Shown here: in pieces, positions 26,988-39,846 of the stretch
How positions within the stretch are numbered: position 1 is the first letter of the stretch
Layout of the letters: every line of letters starts with the position of its first letter
Source: Batkoa obscura
Taxonomy: Eukaryota
Assembly: GCA_030770535.1 (NCBI GenBank)
Contig: JASVEC010000029.1
Span: 372,001-436,000, forward strand
Reading direction: 5' to 3'
Length of the DNA: 64,000 nt
Notes under the pieces: model-generated
Database searches by the model: none
Told to the model about the DNA's origin: nothing
What the model saw: the letters and a program-made list of their open reading frames with translations, nothing else
Made by a program: the position numbers and the translations under genes

Positions 26988-27767
26988 ATGGCACTAAATT
27001 GGGTCACTTTAGGCGACGATAATAAAACTTTTGTACCTTTAGATAACGAGTCTCATTTCCTATGTCAAAACGGGGTCAGTGTTGAATTTATTTCTGGAAA
27101 GTAAATCTAATTAGTATTTAAATAAAACTAAAACTAATTTATTACCTATAAAGCGGGTACCCAGGGAGTAGGTAAATATAATTTGATAATCAATGGATAA
27201 ATGATGAATTATTTAGTCAAACTTTTTCTTCACCAAAAGGATTATTATACCTTACCAACGTTAGAGTGGTATACATTGCTTTTCCTTCCACACCACTATT
27301 TCAATCTTTATCAATCCCATTAGAGAATTTGAAAAACATTGAATTTATCCAACCTTGGTTTGGTGCCAATTATTTTAAAGGGTTGCTTTTGCCTGTATTG
27401 AATGGAAACTTGAGAGAAGAGGGAGAGCTTAAATTTCATTTTAATGAAGGAGGTGAGTGACTTTAATTACAAAGCTCTATTAAATTAACCATTATTTAGG
27501 CGGTTTCTCATTTATTGCGCTTTTAAAGCAAGTGAATCAACGTAGACAAGGTAAATTCATTTAAAACTAAATTGTTTATTCTAAAATTATATAGAGTTGA
27601 ACGATAATCCAGAGCATTTGGAATCACTCCCACTTTATAGACCCGCTTCACCTGAATCTAACCAAAACCTTGAGAGTGAGGAAGTAAATAGAACACAAAC
27701 AACTTCTGAGAACCCACCTCCTGTAGGTGATGATCTTCCTCCTAGTTATGAGTCTATAGCTAATTAG
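26988..27767 (+). CDS. WBP2-like GRAM-domain / PPxY protein
   Basis: MALNWV; GLLYLTNVRVVYI; QPWFGANY; FNEGG; C-terminal LPLY and PPSY motifs; 18-nt micro-exon at 27154-27171. Confidence 0.8.
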
Positions 27768-28203
27768 TGCACCTATTTTTATTTAAATACATTTATTTTT
27801 AATTATTCGAAATAGTTTATTGAGTTGAGTATTGAGTTATATTTTAGCTTTTAGAAGTAAATTTAATAAACGTGTGAGGGTTATTATTAGCAAATAAAGG
27901 GTTATAATGTGCTTAGTTCAAACATTACTAGAACTATTGAATCTACAGTTTGTTTGGAAAATCAATGGCGTAAATTTCATATTAGTTGAATTTACATCCT
28001 ATAACTAAAAAATGAATGTTATTAATAATAATAAAATAAAAGCTTTGTATTTTCAAAATAAATCCTCATGTTCTATAAAAATGGTAATATTAATTTAAAA
28101 GCGTGACTGCAATTTTTTTAAAATTAAAATTAATTTTATGAAATATTTATTATGCAAGTATATCTAAATTAGATGCTAAATGAAAACTAAGAGGAAATCA
28201 AAA

Positions 28204-28908
28204 TTAAACCCAAGACACTAAAAACGGAAGGAGTATAAGGATAGGTGCGTATAATCTATGAGCATTGGAAGCTACAGCGTTATATTCTACTTCACGAGGA
28301 TCTTTGAGACATTTACCAGATTGGCATTCTGATACAGTATAATCTACCGTGTTTGAGCAAACATCATTAAAGAATTGGAATTTTTGTGGGCAAGTGGATG
28401 GATTGGTAGAATTAAACATCATAAACAATTTGGTGCCTTCTCTCATGTATCCAATACAAGGTTCAATAGAATCAATGGAATTCTTTAACAATTCAATCTT
28501 TACAAAGTTAATATTATCTCCTTGAATTAATTCTTTGATTCCCCATCTACCATTAGAGTCATATAAAGGATCAACGTCAAGTTGTTGAGTCCATTGAGTT
28601 CCTGAAATACTCCATGGAATTTCATCGACTTTTTGGCAAGATCTAGCAATAACACGACTTTCAGTATGGTTGAAATAAAAAGTGGTTTTCCATACACCTT
28701 CCAATTCTCTGGTATCAATAGCTGCAGCGGCCTTGGTTTTACCCTTCTTGTGTTTCTTTTTAGATGAAGAGCTGTCTTCCTCAGAAGAAGCATCACCACT
28801 ATCAGCACTCACCTCTTCACTACTTGCTTCACTCGAGGATTTCTTACATTCAACAATAATTGAAAGGAAAGCAATAAATAAGATGGTTATTAAAAAGAAC
28901 TTATTCAT
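28204..28908 (-). CDS. Secreted, probably GPI-anchored protein of unknown function
   Basis: Signal peptide, Ser/Glu-rich linker, Cys-containing domain, hydrophobic C-terminus after ASN. Confidence 0.7.
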   Translation of the reverse strand: MNKFFLITILFIAFLSIIVECKKSSSEASSEEVSADSGDASSEEDSSSSKKKHKKGKTKAAAAIDTRELEGVWKTTFYFNHTESRVIARSCQKVDEIPWSISGTQWTQQLDVDPLYDSNGRWGIKELIQGDNINFVKIELLKNSIDSIEPCIGYMREGTKLFMMFNSTNPSTCPQKFQFFNDVCSNTVDYTVSECQSGKCLKDPREVEYNAVASNAHRLYAPILILLPFLVSWV

Positions 28909-29987
28909 TTTTTTAAAATTAAAATTCTAGAAAAGAGTAAATGAGATAAAATATAGGATTGAATTATTTATATTGTTAAAGCTTGTTGATGTTGGATCTT
29001 AAATTAATATCATCGTTTTGAACTGTAGTAACCGCATTGGAGCTATCTTAATTAAGTAAAATTATTTTTAAAGTTGAAAATTTAGTAATAGAAGTTGGAA
29101 TTTCATTAGTTGATGGGTTGCTTTCATTTTTGATATTCAATTTTATTTGAGATGAATTCGTTATTTTGGCTTCAATTTTCTGGTTGAAAAGGCTGCATTA
29201 ACTGAAATTAATTTATGTTCACGTTTTTGATTGTAACCGTTTTCAACATTTAGCTTATTAGAATTATGTCTTAAACTACTTTATAGTTAAACAATAAGAT
29301 AAAAATTTAATTGTAATAAAAATAAACATTTGAAATAATGAAAGGGGAATCTAATATTATAAGTTGATATTAACATTTGTTGTTAGATAAATAAAACTTA
29401 CCATTCTAAGTTTAGTTTTATTTGTTATTCATTTCACTTTACTTTTAATACTTATTATTATAATCAACAATAAATAAATAAATTAAAGATTCATCATAAT
29501 AATCAATCACATATAAGCTATTGGAAATTAAGTAGCTATATTGTCTACCACTACTATACTTTTTAATGTTTGTATAGTTTTATTGATATTTAAATTGTAA
29601 TTCAACTAATGAACGTATTACGAATTGTTTTTTAAGTAAAAATAGAATTGATACACTCTTATTTATTTAATTCTACAAAAAATGTTTCAGAGTATTGAAG
29701 AAAAATTAAAGTGCAAAAATACAATATTTGTTTTTCAAATTTCAATCTCTTTATTTGAAAAGAATTTGATTAGAAAATATCGAGAAAAGTAGTCGAAAAG
29801 CATTAACTACTTTTGATTTGGAACTATAAGAATTAGTATAAAAATATCGGTTTTGTATGATAGCTTAAAATAAAGACATCTGATAATACAATAATGTTGT
29901 AATTAGAAGTTAATGAATGTAGTTTTTTAAGATAATGAAAGAGGTTATTTAATTTTAAAGGTAAATTGTCCCAAAGTAAATTGATAT

Positions 29988-30086
29988 GGGGATGCATTTT
30001 TTTGTTTAAGAATTTTACTAACAATTATTATACTCAAATAGCGCTTGAAAAATGGAAAAAGTAATGAAATCAAAAAAAACACCCCC
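29988..30086 (-). mobile_element. MITE family 1, copy D
   Basis: ATAT-GGGGATGC...AAACACCCCC-ATAT. Confidence 0.9.
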
Positions 30087-30163
30087 ATATAATACTTGTT
30101 AAAACATTAAAGTGCATATGAATTCAAATTAAATAATTTATTAAATATAATTTTCTTTGTAGC

Positions 30164-33092
30164 TTAATCAAAGGACACCTTCTGTAAAGCCAACTGTGCG
30201 TTTTCGATCATATTATCAAAATAACTCTCAAAGTCTGAATTACATGCTGACAATATGGCATGTTCGATAACAACCTTCATATTAAACCTTGTTTCCAATG
30301 AAGCTTTCAACCCTAACTGTATAAAAACTTTTATGAACAATTTGATCTTTGAAAAAATGCTTTGTGCTGGATTTAGCATATATGAATAAGGCGATAGAAG
30401 TTTAGAGTTATAGCTAATGGTTTGTAATATTTTTTCTGCCGCTCGAACTCCTTAGATCCTTGTATCGTCTATGATTATCCAGGATCCTCCCATTTTTTGG
30501 TCACTATCAAGGATAACAACTAACTTTTTAATAAACATGACAAAATTTTCACCTAAGCACCTTCCATCTGATGTGGCATAATGAAGTACGCCTTTTTTAG
30601 AGGCAGCAACTAGTAATGTTTGTCTCATGCCTTTTACATCTGGAACAGTTACAAGTACCTTCTCTCCGTTTTGTAATCGGGCTTCTGTTTTATCTAAATG
30701 GTAGTTAAACTCCGATTCATGAATAAAAATACACTTATTGCTACTATTGGTATAAAATTCAATAAAATGAGCAGCATATTTTGCTCTTCTAGATGGTACT
30801 AACTCTTCATTCATTTCATCAAAAGCATAGCTCGAGTTTTTTAAGAGTAACTCTTAATAAAGATAATGCTCCACTAACCAAAGGTAGCTCTAATTTAATA
30901 TTTTTTCGAAAGTACAGTTTCTCTTGTATTTGCCTCAATGTATATTTATTGTTTTCCTCAAAAATCTTTCCAACTTCAGAAATTGCTTGATATGTTAAAA
31001 CCAAAGCATCTGGGGTTGCTTCACCTTTAACTTCTATAACCTTGGTTGGTTTTTCTCCTTCGTTGGTAATGATTATATTTGAATAATCGTAGCTAATAGA
31101 CGACTGGTCCAGTTCATTTTCTAAGGGAATTTATTGATCTTTTAAAATCGAATCGAACTGTATTTCTTCATTTACCCCTTCTGCAACCTTGATTGATTAT
31201 TCTATTTCACCACCAGCAACCATTTCTGAATTGCCATAACTAATGGGCAACCGCTCTGGTTCATTTTCTACAGAAACTTCCGGATTGACTGCTGGAAATA
31301 ACAAAGTTTATCTGCTTCGTTATATGATTGGTTATCCTCTTGATGGTTTTTATTAATGCTAATTCACCGCTTTCCTTTGTGCATGCCTTACCTTCTTGCA
31401 TATCGATTTCATTAACACTTTCAGGGTTTAGTTCATTAGTAACGAGCCCAATTATTTCTCCCGCCTCTTGCGTACTTTTTTTGTCACTTTCTCATTCGCT
31501 TAATTCTTCATACTCGTGTACACTTCCTTCATTACTTTCCTGTTCACTTGTTTTTTCGCCATTCTTTATATTGATTTTTCTGACATTTGTAATAAAGTTT
31601 AACTCCCTTTTCTTTTTGCTAATAATATTTCATGATGTACCGTAGCTTATGGATAATCCCTCTGCTGCCACCTTTATACTTTTTTTTCTCAACTACTAAA
31701 TACCATAAATCTTTTATAATTTTATTGTTTATTCTAAAGGATTTATTAATAAATCTCTTTAACTTTTCATCCTTTTCAATATTTAGCTCTCCTAAATCTA
31801 TAGCTTCTTTTAATTGCTTTCTCTCTCTAAAAATAAATTCTTTAACTATATCATAATTCATAGATGATTGTTCCGCTACTTCTCTCATAGACATCTCTTT
31901 CTTAATTATTAGCTCTAATATATCCCTTTTAGTCCCATTTTATACTTTCTTTCGAGTTTGGAGAGTGAGTTTCTTCAAGCTGCTACCTCCTTGTGTACCT
32001 ATTTTTTCGACATCTGTAGCCTCATTCAGCTTCTTTCTTTCTTTGAGGACAATTTCTTTTGCTATACTATACTTTATAGATAATTCCTCTGCTGCTTCTT
32101 TCGTAGGTTTGTCCTGCTCAAGTACTAACTTCGATAGGGTTTCTCTGACTTCATTGGTTGTTTCAAAACGTGGTTGAATGCTAAGCTTTTTCCAATTACC
32201 ATCTCTTTGCATATCCAATTTTTCGGCATTTGAAGCCTCAATATACTTTCTTTTCTCCCTGGAAATAAAATTGCTTACTGTGCCATAGCTTATAGATAAT
32301 TTTTCCAATACATCTTCTATAGACTTCCCTTGATTGATTACTAGATCCAATGTATCTTTTTTAATTATATCATCTGTTTTATTCACCCTGTCAAGGAATT
32401 TTTGTAACTTGCTATCTTTCGGAATCTTTCTTTCTTTCTTTCTTATGTTTACATTCTTTTTTTAATTTTCTCTTTCTTTAACAACAATAGTTTTTGCTGC
32501 ACCATAGCCCACACACAACTGTTTTGCTATTTCGCTTATTGGGATTTCTTGCTGAATTAGTAACTCCAGTAGGCTCTCTTTAGTCTTATCGGTTGTTTAA
32601 TTTTAAGTTTTATTAATAGACCCTTCTGAATTGTTACCTTTTTGGATACTCTCTTTTCCAGCTCTCATAGTCTCATTCAACCTTCTTCTTTCTCTTTTAA
32701 GGATGTCCTGTGCTGTAGTATAGTTAATAGACAAATTGTCTGCTACTTCTTTTATAAGCCTTCCTTGTTTAACTATTAACCTTGATAACTTTTTCTTAAT
32801 CTTGACATCTACCTTATGCACTTTATCGACAAATTTTTGTAACCTGCTGTCTTTTGGAATCCTCAACTTCCCTGCATTATATCCTTTTTTAAATTTTCTT
32901 TTTCTTTAGCAACAATTTTTAGTGCTGTATTATAACTTACAGATAATTGCCCTGATGCTTCTGTTGTAGGTGATTCTTTCTCAATCACCAACATCAGTAA
33001 ACCCTCTTTAGTTTCATCACCTATTCTATTATAGATTCGGGGACCTTTGTTTTTTGTTTTTCAGTGCTAAGATTAATCGTTACTTTTGTCAT
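30164..33092 (-). pseudogene. Disrupted IS630/Tc1-mariner-type transposase-derived gene with a tandem HTH array
   Basis: C-terminal fragments TLRQIQEKL..LRVTLKK, CIFIHESEF, WIIIDDTRI, LSPYSYMLNPAQSIFSKIK; at least 7 upstream HTH-like repeats; several frameshifts and stops; no TIRs seen. Confidence 0.78.
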
Positions 33093-34174
33093 TGAGGTCT
33101 ACAATATAATCACTTAATTAAAACGAAAAAATCAGCATAAATTTTACAAATTTATAGCTTTGTTCGTTAGATGTGAATCTTAATTAAATCAATGGTTTGG
33201 CTTTAGAGCGTTTAAAATCTCCTTATCTCATGATAGCTGTAATTTAACTATTTTTTTCTTACCTCGCATTATGTCGATTAACTTTAAGATACCTTTTTTA
33301 ATTTATATTAAACTTTTAATAGGTTGGTGCAAAAACTGTTCCAAAAACTCGAAAATTTAGCTTTAAATATTTATTTTATTTAAACCAATAAAGGATACAT
33401 AATATCATTTGTTATATATAAAGTTTTAATGTCTAAAACTAAAATGTTTGGGATTTGTGAAGTCCTTTCCTTAATTATAGTGATATTGGATAATATACTT
33501 TACATTTTGTCACACTATATTGCTTATTAGTATTTAAAGTATATCTTGAATAATGATAATTATTATAGTTTGTTTTTTCAAATATAGACTATGAACTATT
33601 ACTTGTCTTGATTTTAAAAATACAATAGTATAATAATTAACTTAAAATAATTTTAATATTTATATAAAAAAATAACATATTAAAGAATTGATTTAAATAA
33701 ATTTTAAAAGCAAATTTATTACTTTATTTAAATAAAATTATTAGCAAAAGTATGAAAAAATTAAAAAGCAAGTTTTATAAGAAATTTTATTAATAAAACA
33801 TTTTTATATATTTTTATATAATATCATAAGTTTGATATAATTTAAAAAATCAAGCTTTTAAAACAGAAATATGAAATATAAGAAATCAAAGCTTTACAAT
33901 CTAGAAATACATATTTAAACTATAATTAATAAAAGTTTTAATTTTATAATAAACAAGCTTTTTTAAAATATAAACAAACTAGTTTTTTAGTAATTTTATA
34001 ATTTGAAACATTACAAAAATTATCGTATAATATTTATTTAATAATTTAATTATTTTATCAAAATTTAATAATAAAAAATAATGATAGTAAGTATTTATCA
34101 AATAATATATATATACATCAAATAAAAGTAAAAAAATAAAGCAATGGGGCTAAGTCAACATTTTTTAAATATAT

Positions 34175-34271
34175 GGGGATGTGTTTTTGTTTAAGAATTT
34201 TACTAACAATCTTTCCGCTCAAATAGCGCTTAAAAAATGGAAAAAGTAATGAAACCAAAAAAAACATCCTC
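34175..34271 (-). mobile_element. MITE family 1, copy E
   Basis: ATAT-GGGGATGT...AAACATCCTC-ATAT. Confidence 0.9.
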
Positions 34272-34317
34272 ATATATCAAATAATTTTAAAATGCAGCAA
34301 AAAAAACATATTTATAT

Positions 34318-34418
34318 GAGGATGTTTCTTTTGGTTTCATCACTTTTTCCACCTTTTAAGCGCTATTTGAGTGGAAAAATTGTTGGTAAAATTCTTAAAC
34401 ATAAAATAAAAACACATC
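34318..34418 (+). mobile_element. MITE family 1, copy F (inverted relative to E)
   Basis: ATAT-GAGGATGTTTC...AACACATC-ATAT. Confidence 0.85.
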
Positions 34419-34539
34419 ATATGTGTCTAGTATACAGTTAGAAGAAACTATTTAAAAATAAAAAAAATATAATAAAAAAAATAAAATATAAATATAAAAA
34501 CTTTTCAATAAAAAAATAAAATATAATTATATAAATTTT

Positions 34540-35184
34540 ATCAGTTCTATAATTGATTATCACATAATAATCAATTAACTTATTTACAAAACTAGTTGCA
34601 GCTTTGATTAATTTGATTGGGATTTATGTAATACAATGTGAAAGTTAGTACTCAGTGGTAGGAGTTAAAAGCAGTTCTTGGTTGATTAACTTGCCTTGAG
34701 TCGAACGGTCTTAGTTTATATAACTAAGATAGACTTAAATTAGTAGGAATGATACACAATAAGCTACAAACTACGTAAAACAAATAGAATCAATAATACT
34801 ACTGTAAAATCTACGTAAGATATTGTCAAAGAGACTTAGTGACTTTATTAAGGGTACGATATCAGGGAATAATTCAATTAAAAAGCCTCGAGTTAGCATG
34901 TCAAAGAATCTCTTTCATACTCTAACTGGTTGGCTATATATAGGGAACATAATAATAGCTATTTCTTATTTTAGTTGCAAAGTATGGACATTAAAACGTG
35001 GGCAATAAGTTCTTTATGATTAGACGGTATGAATCCTTACAGCAAATCTAAATGAGGAACTTTGGATTGATTGTACCATATGAATCACGGTCAAATTAGA
35101 TACAAGGCTACAACTAGTTTTGTAAACAAGTTAAGTGATTACTGTGTGATAATCAATTATAGAGCTGATGAAGCAATACTTTAT
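34540..35184 (+). repeat. Structured non-coding repeat, copy 2 (34637-35184), preceded by an inverted copy of its 3' end (34540-34606)
   Basis: Homologous to 3823-4180; 34540-34606 is the approximate reverse complement of 35103-35169. Confidence 0.85.
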
Positions 35185-35877
35185 ATAATAATTAATAATT
35201 AATAATTAATTCTTCTATAATTTTTTTTATAAGTTTATTTTACTTATACTAATTTGGATAGTTTTTTTAGTTTTATTGTTTTGATATATAATTTTAAATT
35301 AAGCTTTATTATATTAGTCTTTTTTAAATGTTCAATTTTTTAATATTTGCAGCTTTATTTAACTTTTTTTTAACAATGTTTTTTATTATATATAAGTTTT
35401 TTACAGCTTTTTTTATGAAATTATTTTATTTTTAATTTTAATAAACTATTTTTAATTTTAATTTTATTTATTTTAATATACTTTTAAAGTCTGTTTTTTT
35501 TTGCTTGCCATTACTATATTTAGTTATATTTTATCATTAAAGCTTATAACTTAGACAAAAAAAGTTCAATAAGTTTAAATTTATAATTCTGTTTATTAGC
35601 TGCTAATCTTTATTAATCTAATAAAATCATTTTAAAAGAATCCTAGCTGCCTTATTTTATAACAAGTTTAAGTCAATTCCTTTATTACCTTGTTTGAATA
35701 GTTAGTTTTAAGAAATAAATTTTGATTTTAAAAATAATCTTGTATTTAAAATTTAACTTTGATACATTTTAAGGACTGCAATTTTTGAATTTTTAGATCC
35801 AAATATCACTTTAAAAATTTGAAACCCTAAAATTCGGTTTTTGATTTTTATTATTATCTTCCAACAAATAATAAAAG

Positions 35878-37986
35878 ATGTACCATGAGTTATTATTAGC
35901 ATTGATGGGATACCCAGGTGAAATATTTCAATTAAGTAAAAGGACAACAAATACTAGAAATGAAATTATTCAAATAAACATGATAGATGGAGATGATATT
36001 GAACTACAAGAAGAAGATTCCGAAACTGAAGAGGAAGAGTATTTTTCCATTAACAAAAGTTTACCGATCATAAAACCAGAGGAAATTGAGCTATTAAATC
36101 GTATATTAAAATTAGGAGATAATTATAGAGTAGTCAAATCGTATATAGAAATGAAAGAGAATGAACATTCGTTATATATCAAGTCATTTAAGTTAAGTTT
36201 AAATAAGGTTATAGAAGAGTATGAAAAAAAGATACTCCTTATTGAAGAAGGTATATTATTAGGGAGAGATTTGGATTCAGGTAGTACACCTATATCGTAT
36301 CTATTAAGTATATTTCATACTGAATTGTTTTTGTTTTTGTTTTTGAAAAGGACGATTAAGGGGATAATTAAAGAAAAATTGAATGCAAATCAAGTTTATA
36401 AGATGTTATATGAGAGTAGAATTCATGGTAACGAAACAATTGAAATGGAAATTAAAAATATATTAATTCAAATGAACTTGGTATTTTTAAATTATTTGAC
36501 GTATTTTTTATTAAATGGTAGTATTTATGATCCATATTCTGAGTTTTTTATTATGTTAGATAATAACAACAATAATAATATCAATATCAATAATGCAACA
36601 ACAATTTATAATATTTATGAAGATGACAGTATTACTAATATCAATTTAAATTTTATTATATTAGATGATAAAATACCCCCATTTTTGAGTAAAGAACATT
36701 GTATTACTATATTATTTATTGGTAAAATTATTACAATTGTACAACAATTTAATTATGATTTAATAGAATATCGACAATTAATTGAAATTGAATTAAACTA
36801 TCAAAATATAAGTCATGATATTCATTATTTGATTGAAAATAGTATTGATAAAATCGAAAAAGAAATTAACAAAACAATATTAAATAAATTAATTCAAGAA
36901 AAAATTCAATTTCTTCAACACATTAAAATATTAAGGGATATTTATTTATTAGGTAATGGCGAATTATTTTTTAATTTTAATCAATTATTAATGAATAATT
37001 ATTTAAATGAAAATCGTAATATTCAAATAGAAGAATTTAATTTTATATTTATTAATTTAATTAATCAAAATTGTTATCAAAATAAATTTAAATTTTTAAA
37101 TAAATTTAAATTTATTAATAATAATAATGAATATACAACAATAAATAATAGTAATAATAATAATAATACAAATAGTAACAATCAATATCAATTTTTGAAT
37201 ATGATTGGTATTTATAACAAATTAGAATTAAAATATAACAATGATTGGTTATTAAAATTAATATTAAATGAAATGGATTTTAAATTATATAATGAATTAT
37301 ATTTAAACCTATTTTGTATTAAATTTATATTACAAAAATTACAATTAATTTACAAAAAAGTTATTAAATTAAATATATATTATCAATATCATTGGTTCTT
37401 TCATTTTTTAAATAATTATTGGTCTTATTTACAATTCGATGTAATACAAAAAGAATTTGATATTTTATTAATAGAAATTATTAATGAAAATAAAGACAAC
37501 AAAGAACAAGAATACGTTGAAATTAAACAAATTATTAAAAAACATTGGAATTTTTTATTAAAATTAAAATATTCCAGTTTTTTATTTAATATTAATATCA
37601 AAAATATAATATTTAATTTATTAAATTTAATCTTAAAATTTGTTCATTTAATTTATAATTTTAATAATAATGAAGATAACAATCATGATGAGAATGAAGA
37701 TACAAATATTCTTTCTATGGATAATAATGGTAATAATTTGGATTATTTAAATTCAAAAATTAATATTCTATTTAAAGTAAGTTAAATTATTTTATTCTAT
37801 TTTATTATAATAATACTTTAACTCTAGGATTTTATGACTCAATTAAAATTCTTGTACCGAACCTTAAACAATTTAAATCAATTCAATGGGGAAGATCATA
37901 AAGGAATTATGAAATATATGCAACAAAATTTAATTTTATTTATTAACCGATTAAATTATAATAACTGTCTCTCTACTCTCATGTAA
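35878..37986 (+). CDS. Gamma-tubulin complex component, GCP4-like (Spc97/98 family)
   Basis: MYHELLLALMGYPGEIF, IYDPYSEFFI, IPPFLS...ILFIGK, RDIYLLGNGELF, YLQFDVIQ; one intron near the 3' end. Confidence 0.85.
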
Positions 37987-38039
37987 TATCAATTTTGTTA
38001 AATAAAACAAAATAAAACTCCTCAATGTATTATCTTGAT

Positions 38040-39756
38040 TCATCTCTTTCTATTATTTTTAACTTCATTAATATTACTATCTTCTTCTAAACCTTCAAAA
38101 ATAGTTGTAGATGATCTACGAGTTGAATGGTTAGAATCTAATTTTTCCATTTGCTTTTTACTATCAATATAAGCTAATACTAAATCTTGTACTTCTTCGA
38201 ATCTTGTACAGCATCTTTCTGTGGGCATAAATGGACGTGTACCTAAATTAATTTAAATTAATATATAAAATGTTAAATAAAGTCTATTAAATTAGTTGTA
38301 TTGTGAGTACGATACTTACTTAATCCTAATTCATTTAATTCTTCTGCAAATAAATTAGCTTGTGCTGGTCGTATTGGTGCAATTCTACTGGATCTTAAAT
38401 AAGCACCAACAGGTATTTTTTCTTTTTTTAATTGTAGATGAGATGGAGATAAAGTATCAAAACTATTGGGTAACACTAAAATAAAATAAGATAAAATAAA
38501 ATAAAAAAACAAATTACTATTAAATTATAATTATTTAGCTTACATAAAGGACTTTTATCATCAATATTGATTTCTAAATCTTCTTTATTAAAGATACTTT
38601 GTTTCCTTGAATAACTTTCAATACTTGGCGTCATTTCTTTTTTATTTCTCTTTTTACGAGGCTAAAATTTCAAAAAATAAACACCAATATTTATTAATAT
38701 TAATATTAAAAATAAAGTCTCTTACTTTAGTAGATAAATCAAAATCTAAATAGGGATTATTTAAATCTAATCCACTGTTATTATTATGATTTAATAAATT
38801 ACTACTTGTTTTATTAGAATTATTTAATAAATGCTGGACATAATCTCGTTGTCTTAATTGCTGTTTATAATTCACTTTTAATTTTCTTAATTTCAATAAT
38901 AATTGTTCTTCTTCCTATTAAAATGGATTGTTAGTATCAGTATTACTATTATGTTATTATTATTGTAATGTGATATTACCATGATCTCTTCTTTACTTCT
39001 TAAAAATAATTTGTTTAATTGTTTTTTTCTTTGGATTTCTTTATCTATAATAAAAGAATTAACTTAATTAAATTTCCCCCTTATAGATTCAAATAACTTA
39101 CTTTTATCAAATGGAATAATTTTACTCGTTTTATTGTTTTCTTTTAATTGTGTTAATTTATTATAAATTATATAAAATTTTTCTTTAATTTCCTATTAAT
39201 ATCAATCAATATTAACTCTTATAACATAAACCACTATTACCTCCACTCCTCTTTGTTTCTCTTGAAATTCATATCTATCATGAATCACTAAAAATCTACA
39301 ATCGAATTTTTTACATAATTCCATTAAATATTTACACTCTTCAAAAGTCCAATCAGGATCTAAAATTATTTATTAACTAACATCCTATTCTATTATTAAC
39401 ATAAATTAACAAATCTTACCTTTAAAATAACTTTCATATAACTCCAAGCTTAATTTAGGTAAACTTAATTTTGTGTTTTTTAGTTTAGTAATTTCATTTA
39501 ATTCTTCTTCTTTTCCTTCTTTTACCCAATAATAAAAGTTGTCCATATCTTTTCGCGACTGAGTGAGAATACGTTGATAACGCCTAAATAAGATGATGAG
39601 TTAGTGATGATGAGGTAGAAAAGAGTGAGGTTATTTTAATTACCATCGACTCTTTAATTTTCCAGGATAGAAATTGTTGGGATTAAATTCAACAATTGGA
39701 GATAATCCTTCTGTTAATTTATAGCTATTGTCTTTAATTGAAGGGGATTCACTCAT
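38040..39756 (-). CDS. SWC4: NuA4/SWR1 subunit Swc4/DMAP1 (multi-exon)
   Basis: DPDWTFEECKYLMELCKKFDCRFLVIHDRY, VE/EIKEKFY, FDK/DKEIQRK, GAYLRSSRI, RPFMPT. Confidence 0.85.
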
Positions 39757-39846
39757 TTTTTTTAATTTTAGGAATAAAACTTAAAAAATTTGATATTGTA
39801 ACTTTTCAATTTTGTTTTTCATTCCAAAAAACTCAAAAAAAGTAAA

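Noticed and set aside
34637..35184. Group I or group II intron interpretation of the structured repeat (AAGATATTGTC, GAGGAACTTTG look-alikes)
   Set aside because: No domain V with an AGC triad, no GTGYG start, and group I P/Q/R/S motifs are not in order
35160..35190. CTGATGA suggesting a hammerhead ribozyme
   Set aside because: No GAAA follows the short stem, and copy 1 reads ATGATGA; the core is incomplete
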